Assembly: GCA_003565735.1 (NCBI GenBank)
Contig: PXBB01000015.1
Coordinates: forward strand, 2,175 to 66,174
Direction of reading: 5' to 3'
Source of the DNA: Bacteroidales bacterium
Lineage (GTDB): Bacteria; Bacteroidota; Bacteroidia; Bacteroidales; PXBB01
Length of the DNA stretch: 64,000 nucleotides
A program made the translations under genes and the position numbers. A model generated the notes under the pieces. It saw only the letters and a list, made by a program, of their open reading frames with translations. It was not told where the DNA came from and ran no database searches. Position 1 is the stretch's first letter, and the number at the start of each line of letters is the position of its first letter. Positions 56,705 to 64,000 of this stretch are shown one piece after another.

Positions 56705-57035
56705 AAAAGCATTAAAGGTTTAATGTAGTTTGTAAAATAAATTTTCTTTTCAACAAAAGAATGGTTTTTGCAAAATTTGCTATGGGTCAGCATTTTTGAA
56801 CTTTGGGGATGATTCATGTATATTATTCACAATGAAAACTATAGTAAAATAAATATGAAATTTATTAAACCGTTACCTATGCAAATTTACATTTTTTTTT
56901 TAATAGGGGCATAATCATACGGCTCTCAAGCTCCTGAAATATTACGGACAGATTAAAAAAGACGGCTATAGTTGCAACATTTTTACAAAACTAAAGCATG
57001 TAAGGAGGGAATAAATTTTCTAATGAAAATTGGCA

Positions 57036-59546
57036 TTAATCCATGTCAATTTCTTCTTCTAAAGAAGGCCTTCTATCTCGTCTGGGCCGGTATTCATTTA
57101 TTCTGTAAGAAAAGCCTACAAATAAAACCCGGCTTTCTCTACGTCTTTCGACGCTTGACTCAAAATTATCCCCGTAAGTATGGACATCGAATTTTATGGT
57201 ATTAAAAACATCTCTAAGCCTGAGCGTTATTTGTCCTTTATTATCCAATACACCTTTACGTAAAGACATATCAACAAAATAGTTTTCACTTCTGATACCT
57301 AGCCCGCCTGCACTTTGAAAGTAGCGATAGTTAGACATCCCACCTGTAAAAATTTGCGGCGATCTGTAATTAAAGTTAACCTGCACATCCAGTTGGTTTT
57401 GAAAACGCATGGTAGAATTAACTCTGAAAGTCCAGCTATAATTATCATCAGCCTGAGAACTTATGTCCTCGCCATAGAGACGTGTCCTGAAGTGGCTATA
57501 GTTAGCATTAATACTCCACCACTCAGTTAAATTGTGCGATACTATGAGCTCAAGGCCATAAGATTCCTCTTTGTTGATATTTTCAAAAGTTGTCATAGCG
57601 GTTATTCCGTCATCTTCAATAAGCATAACACGCGTCACTATACCATCTGTATATCGATAAAAAAGATTCGTATTTATTACGGATTTGTTATGATAAAAAG
57701 AATAGCCTGCTTCAAAAGAGTTTACAAATTCAGGGTCGAGGTATGGGTTTCCGCGCGAGAGGTTAAAAGGGTCGGAATAATCAACAAAAGGGTTGAGTAC
57801 ACGGGAACCCGGTCTGTTTACACGACGGCTGTAGCTCAACAAATAATTGTGCCTTTGAGAAGGTTCATAGCGCAAATGAATAGAAGGGAACAGGTTAAAG
57901 TAGCTTCTTTCGAATGTCGTATCCTGAGTAAGCTGCTCTCCTTCGGTAAAAACTTGCTCTGCCCTTATGCCCCCTTGGTATTTAAGTTTTTCGTTAATAG
58001 AATTAGAGTAAATGACATATGCTGAGTGCAATTGCTCATTGTAAATAAACTCATTAGCAGCAAATTCATCATGAAGCCAGCCATTACTTATAGTATCAAA
58101 AGACATCATCATATAGTCCATATGATTTTCATTAAGGCTTAATTTATAGCCTGTTTCTAAACGCCCGCCATTACCTACCGGCGTCACGTAATCGATCTGG
58201 CCGGTAATGTTATGACGTTGGGTATTACTACGCGTCAATTGTAAATAGTCATGCATTTCTCTGGGTGTTTGATCAGGATAGAAAAATGAGCGATTCATAT
58301 CTCTGTTGCTACGCCATTCAGATGATGAATAAAACAAATCTGCGGTCAGTTCCTTAATCCTGTCATCATAGGTTCTTCTATAATTAATAGCCCCTTCGTA
58401 TCCATCGCCACCTATACGGCTGTCAGAAAATTGTGTAAAATAATCTACCGGCTCTTCAATGCCATTTAAGATGCTATAGGTGCTGTACTTATTATGCTCT
58501 TCACCCAAAAACTGGCGTAAATTTCCCATTAGCATAACACTTAGCGTATTTCTGTCGTTAATAAAGTAATCGCCTCCAAGACGTAAATTATTAAAATGGC
58601 CGTTACGTTCAAAATCTTGTTTTTGCCTCAGACTTTGCCTTGCATCTGATAAAGTGGTAATCCTTTCAAAGTTGCTGTAACCTTGCATCTCCCAGATACG
58701 GGTATTGGCATTGATAAAAAAGTTTACTTTATTTTCCCTGTAGTTAAAGTTTAGAGTTCCAAATGCTTTGGCTTTGGTACCGTATGTCATAGAAACCATG
58801 CCATTGTAACCGGGGTCTCGCTCCTTTTTCAAAACGATGTTAATCATGCCCGAAGTTCCGTCAGGGTCGTACCGTGCTGAAGGATTGGTAATCAGCTCAA
58901 TACTTTCTATCATATCAGCAGGCATTTCATCCAAATTATTAAGCATAGAGGGACGCCCGTCGATAAGAATAATAACATTTGACGACCCCCTTAAGCTGAC
59001 ATTACCATCAACATCAACTGTTACCGAAGGGATATTTTGCATGACTTCTGCCGCAGTACTGCTGGAAGCAGCAATATCACTTTCGATATTGATGACGCGC
59101 CGGTCAAGATTAAACTGCAATGGAGCTCTTTCACCCGATACAACAAACTCATCAAGGTCAACCGATGAAAACTCCAAGGCAATAGACCCCATATCAAGTT
59201 GTGCGTCATTTGGCCTTATGAAAATTGAGTCTATAGTATATGCAGGGTAACCTACGTACTGAATTTGAAGATAAAAAGCTCCGAAAGGCAAAGCCGAAAT
59301 ATTAAAAACCCCCTCTTCGCTGCTTATTGTACCGTCAACAATTGTTGAATCCTTTAAACGATACAGTACAATATTAGCAAATGGAACCGGCGCACCGGTC
59401 TGCTGATCTACTACCACTCCTTTTAGTGAACCAATACGTGCTTCAGACATGCCTTGCCCACGACCACTACCCGGCTGAGCTTTTAGAAAATATATACTGC
59501 CTAAACCTATAACCAAAAAAATTACTAACCGCCTGTAAAAATCCAT
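57036..59546 (-). CDS. TonB-dependent-receptor-like outer-membrane beta-barrel family protein (CarboxypepD_reg plus plug-like region plus barrel), paralog of 3518..5908
   Basis: Signal peptide ...SIYFLKAQ. SLKGVVVDQQTGAPVPFANIVLYRLKD...GAFYLQIQYVGY is a CarboxypepD_reg fold. Shares blocks with the other paralog (TPATVYINGR/VIILIDGRP, GGIINIVLKK/SGMINIVLKK, RPGYQSLNPY/RPGSRVLNPF, GNPALQPQF/GNPYLDPEF). Confidence 0.78.
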   Translation of the reverse strand: MDFYRRLVIFLVIGLGSIYFLKAQPGSGRGQGMSEARIGSLKGVVVDQQTGAPVPFANIVLYRLKDSTIVDGTISSEEGVFNISALPFGAFYLQIQYVGYPAYTIDSIFIRPNDAQLDMGSIALEFSSVDLDEFVVSGERAPLQFNLDRRVINIESDIAASSSTAAEVMQNIPSVTVDVDGNVSLRGSSNVIILIDGRPSMLNNLDEMPADMIESIELITNPSARYDPDGTSGMINIVLKKERDPGYNGMVSMTYGTKAKAFGTLNFNYRENKVNFFINANTRIWEMQGYSNFERITTLSDARQSLRQKQDFERNGHFNNLRLGGDYFINDRNTLSVMLMGNLRQFLGEEHNKYSTYSILNGIEEPVDYFTQFSDSRIGGDGYEGAINYRRTYDDRIKELTADLFYSSSEWRSNRDMNRSFFYPDQTPREMHDYLQLTRSNTQRHNITGQIDYVTPVGNGGRLETGYKLSLNENHMDYMMMSFDTISNGWLHDEFAANEFIYNEQLHSAYVIYSNSINEKLKYQGGIRAEQVFTEGEQLTQDTTFERSYFNLFPSIHLRYEPSQRHNYLLSYSRRVNRPGSRVLNPFVDYSDPFNLSRGNPYLDPEFVNSFEAGYSFYHNKSVINTNLFYRYTDGIVTRVMLIEDDGITAMTTFENINKEESYGLELIVSHNLTEWWSINANYSHFRTRLYGEDISSQADDNYSWTFRVNSTMRFQNQLDVQVNFNYRSPQIFTGGMSNYRYFQSAGGLGIRSENYFVDMSLRKGVLDNKGQITLRLRDVFNTIKFDVHTYGDNFESSVERRRESRVLFVGFSYRINEYRPRRDRRPSLEEEIDMD

Positions 59547-59638
59547 AATTCCTTTTTCAAAAATTTATTAATCTGCAAAATTACACATATATTTACGACT
59601 CCGGTTTTTGCAAAACGTTTAATTTTGTTAAAAAAAAA

Positions 59639-60859
59639 TTGACAGACAGAAAAATATATGTGGCCATCCCTGCTATGAACGAGGGAGATTATTTAGATGC
59701 CTGCCTGGAAGCTATAGACAGTCAGACATATAAAAATTATGAGGTTTTTATTTGTGTAAATCAACCTGATGCCTGGTGGCATAACGAAACCAAAAAAAAT
59801 GTCTGTATAGCTAATGAGCAAACGATAAAAGCTTTGCAAAAAAGAACTTGCCATGTCATTGACAAATCAAGTAAGGGCTGTGGGTGGGACGACAAAAGGT
59901 ATGGTGTAGGATGGGCACGTAAAGTTTTGATGGATACCGTAAACCGTGCAGCCAAAGAAACCGATATTATTTTAAGTCTTGACGCCGACACACTTTTTGA
60001 TGCATTTTATTTTTCAAGTATAATTGAGGTTTTCAGGCAGGCTCCTCAAGCCACAGCCCTTTCCAATCCCTATTACCACAAATTGACAGGGATAGAAAAA
60101 TACGACAGGCCAATGCTACGGTATGAAATATATATGCGCTATTATGCATTAAACTTATGGCATATTCAATCTCCATACGCTTTTACAGCACTGGGTTCAG
60201 CAATAGCTGTATCCGTATCTGTTTACCGTAAAATTGGTGGGATAACACCAAAAAAAAGTGGTGAAGATTTTTACTTTTTACAAAAGTTGAGAAAATTTGG
60301 CCATATTCTCACCTGGAACACCCGGAGAGTTTACCCGTCAAGCCGCTTTTCGGACAGGGTGTTTTTTGGCACCGGACCTGCACTAATAAAAGGACATAAA
60401 GGCATTTGGGACAGCTACCCCTTATATCCCCGGCAACTTTTCGATCATTTAGCCAAAACTTATGAGCTTTTTATACCTCTATACAACAAAAATATCCCTA
60501 CGCCTATTGATGGTTTTCTGGAAAAACAATTTGGCAATAAAAATATCTGGAATCAACTACGCAGCAATACCAATACTTCTTATGCTTTTGTAAAAGCCTG
60601 CCATCAAAAAATTGACGGGCTCAGAATTTTGCAATACCTCAAGAGTAGTCATAAAAACATTTGCATGAGCGATGAGGAGGCATTGATAGATTTTTTAAAT
60701 AACTACTACCCCGATACCATTCAAAAAGCTTTACATAATTTTTGCTTTTCTACCGCTCCTGTCAGCCTTTTAAATTCGATAAGAAATTTTTTAGCAGAAA
60801 AAGAAGCTTTGTTTCAAAAAAAGAATTTTGACGCGTATGTAAAAACTCCAAACACTTAA
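59639..60859 (+). CDS. Family 2-type glycosyltransferase with a ~200-aa C-terminal extension
   Basis: KIYVAIPAMNEGDYLDACLEAIDSQTY..YEVFICVNQP is a GT-A first beta-alpha-beta unit, with a DxD-like ILSLDADTLF. The track start at 59639 is a TTG, and the first in-frame ATG (59675) would delete the first strand, so the start is uncertain. Confidence 0.6.
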   Translation: MTDRKIYVAIPAMNEGDYLDACLEAIDSQTYKNYEVFICVNQPDAWWHNETKKNVCIANEQTIKALQKRTCHVIDKSSKGCGWDDKRYGVGWARKVLMDTVNRAAKETDIILSLDADTLFDAFYFSSIIEVFRQAPQATALSNPYYHKLTGIEKYDRPMLRYEIYMRYYALNLWHIQSPYAFTALGSAIAVSVSVYRKIGGITPKKSGEDFYFLQKLRKFGHILTWNTRRVYPSSRFSDRVFFGTGPALIKGHKGIWDSYPLYPRQLFDHLAKTYELFIPLYNKNIPTPIDGFLEKQFGNKNIWNQLRSNTNTSYAFVKACHQKIDGLRILQYLKSSHKNICMSDEEALIDFLNNYYPDTIQKALHNFCFSTAPVSLLNSIRNFLAEKEALFQKKNFDAYVKTPNT

Positions 60860-61005
60860 CTTCTGAAAACCTTCAGATACCACACCGTAAAACAAAAGCC
60901 CCCTCTAAATCGGTTTGAAAAAATGGCATATTTTAACCATAAAACTGATATTTTTTATATCTTTGCTTGCATAACGAATCATTACTAAAAAAAAAAGGAA
61001 ATGTT

Positions 61006-61719
61006 ATGAGTTCAGAAAAAGAGAGACCAACAGAAAACAATAATAATACTAACGAAGAAGATAAGCATACCACCAATAATGAGGTTGAGGAATCTAAAAC
61101 ACCTTCGGACCCACAAGAAGACAATGCTGCAGAAAACACAACTGACACAAAGATCGATAATGAGTTCAGTTTGTATGGTTATGTAAAAAAGAACTACAAA
61201 AATGCATTTATCGTTGTATTATTGCTCACAATAATCATTATGTATTTGTGGGCTTATTTTGCTTTACGAAAGACAGAGCGATTGCATACAAAAGCTTATC
61301 ATACATTGTACGATGCCGCGACATCCTTTTCAAACAAAAAGGATTCGTTGTACCTTGTTAGTTTAGGGCAAGCTTTTTCCTATGCTATCTTGTCCGAAAA
61401 GATGCAGCGCAATCTCCGTAATATTGAACTTTATACAGCGGGTATGCTTCAAAGAGATCGCAATATGATTGAAATCATTATTGCAGACAAAAATGGCGAC
61501 ATTATGGTCTCTACAAACAAAAAACATGAACAGAATAACCTGCGAAACTACATGTTTTTCAATTATTTATCGCTCAACAATATTGTAATAAAAAGCGATG
61601 TTTATGATGACAGTTATATGGTTTTCGCTCCCCTGAAAGGTTTAAACAGAGACTGGGGGTATTTGATTTTTCGTTATAAGAGACAGGATTTTGTACACCA
61701 TGAACTGTTATACGAATAA
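61006..61719 (+). CDS. Single-pass membrane protein: acidic low-complexity N-terminus, one TM helix and a ~140-aa extracytoplasmic PDC/Cache-like domain, with no output domain
   Basis: ORF 60967..61719 starts at a TTG, and I prefer the in-frame ATG at 61006 (MSSEKERPTENNNNTNEEDK...). TM helix AFIVVLLLTIIIMYLWAYFAL. The C-terminal IEIIIADKNGDIMVSTNKK...VFAPL pattern resembles sensor-type PDC folds. Weak call. Confidence 0.45.
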   Translation: MSSEKERPTENNNNTNEEDKHTTNNEVEESKTPSDPQEDNAAENTTDTKIDNEFSLYGYVKKNYKNAFIVVLLLTIIIMYLWAYFALRKTERLHTKAYHTLYDAATSFSNKKDSLYLVSLGQAFSYAILSEKMQRNLRNIELYTAGMLQRDRNMIEIIIADKNGDIMVSTNKKHEQNNLRNYMFFNYLSLNNIVIKSDVYDDSYMVFAPLKGLNRDWGYLIFRYKRQDFVHHELLYE

Positions 61720-61771
61720 ATAGCCGGCGATATCTTCCCGCAATTACATATCAGAAGATGCATAGCTTTTT

Positions 61772-62752
61772 TTATTGCGTAACATCATCATGAATAAGTT
61801 CTTTAATAATATCCTCAACATTAATATTTTCAGCTTCAGCCTTGTAATTTCGTACCAGTCTATGCCTTAAAACAAGAGCTGCCACTTTTTTCACATCTTC
61901 AATATCAGGCGCATACTTGCCATTAAGAGCTGCGTGGCTTTTAGCACCGAGAATAAGATACTGTGAAGCACGAGGTCCTGCTCCCCACGACACGTATTGA
62001 TTGGTCATTTTATGAGCCTGAGGTGTGTTCGGCCTTGTTTTGGCTACTAAATTAACAGCATAGCGTAAAACATTTTCCACTACAGGGATGCGTCTTATTA
62101 AACTTTGAAAATATAATATCTCCTCAGCGTTGAGAACTACTTCAATTTGATGATCTTTATCGGAGGTGGTTTCGCTGACTATATGCAATTCCTCATCGAA
62201 GCTTGGGTAGTCTAACCATATATTAAACATAAACCTGTCAAGCTGGGCTTCGGGTAGAGGGTATGTGCCTTCCTGTTCGATAGGGTTTTGTGTAGCCAAA
62301 ACAAAAAAAGGCTCACTCAATATGTAGGAATTTCCTGCTACCGTTACACTTTTTTCCTGCATAGCTTCAAGAAGCGCCGACTGTGTTTTTGGTGGTGTAC
62401 GGTTAATTTCATCTGCAAGTATAATGTGTGCAAAAACAGGACCTTTAATAAAGCGGAATTTTCTGGCATCGTCAAGTATCTCAGTGCCAATAATATCGGA
62501 CGGCATTAAATCAGGTGTAAATTGAATGCGGCTGTAGTCAAGGCCTAAAGCCTTTGCTGTTGTATTAACCATAAGGGTTTTGGCCAAGCCGGGCACACCA
62601 ACCAAAAGACAGTGTCCTCTGCTAAACAATGAAATAAGCAAATTCTGAACAACATCATGCTGCCCAATAATAACTTTTGCAATTTCTTTTTTAAGTAAAT
62701 TATTTTTATTAACGAGTGCTTCTATAGCTTCTTTATCGGTATCGTATTTCAT
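61772..62752 (-). CDS. moxR: MoxR-family AAA+ ATPase (AAA_3)
   Basis: IIGQHDVVQNLLISLFSRGHCLLVGVPGLAKT (Walker A), ILADEINRTPPKTQSALLEAMQE (Walker B, sensor), and ATQNPIEQEGTYPLPEAQLDRF. Confidence 0.92.
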   Translation of the reverse strand: MKYDTDKEAIEALVNKNNLLKKEIAKVIIGQHDVVQNLLISLFSRGHCLLVGVPGLAKTLMVNTTAKALGLDYSRIQFTPDLMPSDIIGTEILDDARKFRFIKGPVFAHIILADEINRTPPKTQSALLEAMQEKSVTVAGNSYILSEPFFVLATQNPIEQEGTYPLPEAQLDRFMFNIWLDYPSFDEELHIVSETTSDKDHQIEVVLNAEEILYFQSLIRRIPVVENVLRYAVNLVAKTRPNTPQAHKMTNQYVSWGAGPRASQYLILGAKSHAALNGKYAPDIEDVKKVAALVLRHRLVRNYKAEAENINVEDIIKELIHDDVTQ

Positions 62753-62785
62753 CGGTAATTATTAATATTTCAACATTTTTCTATT

Positions 62786-64000
62786 TTATTGCCATTGATT
62801 TTGAAATTGGCAGCCCAAGTAATTTTCAATGATGTTGATGTATGTTGTTTGTATTTTCCTTTCGACCCAGTTTTGCAACACCTTTTGTTTTTTATTTTGA
62901 AGGGCTAATTCCTGAATTTTGTCGTAATCCTCTCTGAGGTTTGCAATATGTGGCTCAGTACGTGATTTTAAGTGAAGTATTCTGTAAGCCTGTCTGCCTG
63001 TTTGTGTTCTAAAAGGTACCGGTTTTGAAATCTCGCCGGGGTCTAAATTATCAACCACAAAAAACATTGAAGGCTCTAGTTCATCAGTTTTGAAACGAGA
63101 TGTGAGCGTCATGGGATTAACAATAATGCCTGAATTTTTTTTACTGGGATCATCCGAAAACTCTAAGGCAGCATCACTGAAAGACATCTGCCCGGTGTTA
63201 ATTAAATCATAAACAGAGTTCAGTAGATTTTTAGCATCGGCAAGATCTTGTGTTGATGGTCTGGGCTGCAAAAGAATGTGCCTCACATTGATTCTTTCGC
63301 CCCTTCTTTCTATCATTTGTATGATATGATAACCTGCTTTTGTTTCAACAATGGGTGATATTTCACCGGGGGCAAGGCCATAAGCTACAGCTTCAAACTC
63401 GGGATACAATTCTCCGCGACTGTAGAACCCCAGCTCTCCTCCTCTACTGGAACTGCCGGGATCATCTGAATATAAAACTGCCATTACTGCAAAATCGTCG
63501 CCATCAATGATGCGCTGCCGATAAGTATTAAGCCGGTTTCGGGTTTCCTGTATGACTTCCTCGGATATTTCAGGCTTCTTCACAATATGCCCAATAACCA
63601 ATTCAGAGTCAACCATTGGCAAGCTATCTTCAGGAATGCTTCTAAAAAAATTTCTTACTTCTGAGGGCGTTATTCTGATGTCTTCTACAATTTTTGACTG
63701 CACTTTCTGAACCTTGAGTTGCTCACGAATGAAAGGCATAAACTCATTTTTTATTTCCTGAATAGACTTTTGATAGTAGGCTTCAAGTTTTTCCTCCGAA
63801 CCTATTTGCCGTATAAAAAAGCGTAAACGCCTTTCCATTTCTGCTTCTACCTGTGCATCAGAAACCTCTAAACTATCTATAGAAGCTTGCTGCAGAAGCA
63901 ACTTTTGAACTAAAAGTTCTTCAAAGATTTCACATTTTAAAGCATCGCCACCACTTAAACCTTCAACGACGTATTGCAAATATTGACTTTCTATATCTGA
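62786..64000 (-). CDS. SurA-like periplasmic chaperone / parvulin-type peptidyl-prolyl isomerase. The N-terminus lies beyond the right window edge.
   Basis: The track start at 63979 is a TTG, and the frame stays open to position 64000 (…SDIESQY-LQYVVEG…). SurA_N-like helical region, one parvulin domain (HILL...GGELGFYSRGELYPEFEAVAY...GEISPIVETKAGYHIIQ) and a second, degenerate one. Confidence 0.8.
   Translation of the reverse strand, partial: SDIESQYLQYVVEGLSGGDALKCEIFEELLVQKLLLQQASIDSLEVSDAQVEAEMERRLRFFIRQIGSEEKLEAYYQKSIQEIKNEFMPFIREQLKVQKVQSKIVEDIRITPSEVRNFFRSIPEDSLPMVDSELVIGHIVKKPEISEEVIQETRNRLNTYRQRIIDGDDFAVMAVLYSDDPGSSSRGGELGFYSRGELYPEFEAVAYGLAPGEISPIVETKAGYHIIQMIERRGERINVRHILLQPRPSTQDLADAKNLLNSVYDLINTGQMSFSDAALEFSDDPSKKNSGIIVNPMTLTSRFKTDELEPSMFFVVDNLDPGEISKPVPFRTQTGRQAYRILHLKSRTEPHIANLREDYDKIQELALQNKKQKVLQNWVERKIQTTYINIIENYLGCQFQNQWQ

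Noticed and set aside
1-64000. A scan for tRNA, rRNA, tmRNA, RNase P and SRP RNA signatures (for example GGTTCGAATCC-type T-arms).
   Set aside because: I saw no convincing match. The only GTTCGAAT-like string (about 37549) is inside the mrr coding sequence. A tRNAscan/Infernal run would be needed to be certain.

Overview
This is a 64-kb chromosomal segment from a Bacteroidota genome. The phylum call rests on gldH, five secreted proteins with T9SS C-terminal sorting domains, a fused lpxC/fabZ, TAnnTTTG-type promoter boxes and many lipoproteins and TonB-dependent-type outer-membrane proteins. I can support about 48 protein-coding genes. Most are housekeeping: folE, holB, gldH, a class-A PBP, panB, pheS, lptB, purN, mutY, queD, asd, lpxA, lpxC/fabZ, ferritin, moxR and surA-like. 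They are interleaved with secreted or surface hydrolases (M20, S9, M16, S8, an M3-like HEFGH enzyme, an alpha/beta hydrolase, and MltF- and MltD-like transglycosylases). I found no rRNA, tRNA or CRISPR array. All product calls come from motif recognition by eye, with no database search. The one clearly accessory stretch is 35.4-38.5 kb. It is an AT-rich island between queD and a lamin-tail-domain surface protein, and it carries a translationally coupled outer-membrane beta-barrel plus small lipoprotein pair and a stand-alone Mrr type IV restriction enzyme. Each unit is preceded by a copy of the same promoter-bearing noncoding module, and the island is embedded in repeat debris. That debris belongs to a dispersed ~175-nt family whose intact, MITE-like copy (terminal inverted repeats, possible TATAA target duplication) lies at 20.7 kb. 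Other points worth a second look are an EF-G paralog with the catalytic His replaced by Phe, an arginase-fold protein with degenerate metal ligands that is translationally coupled to gldH and the PBP, folE placed 4 nt from a TonB-receptor-like barrel gene, an orphan MoxR and an orphan ABC ATPase.
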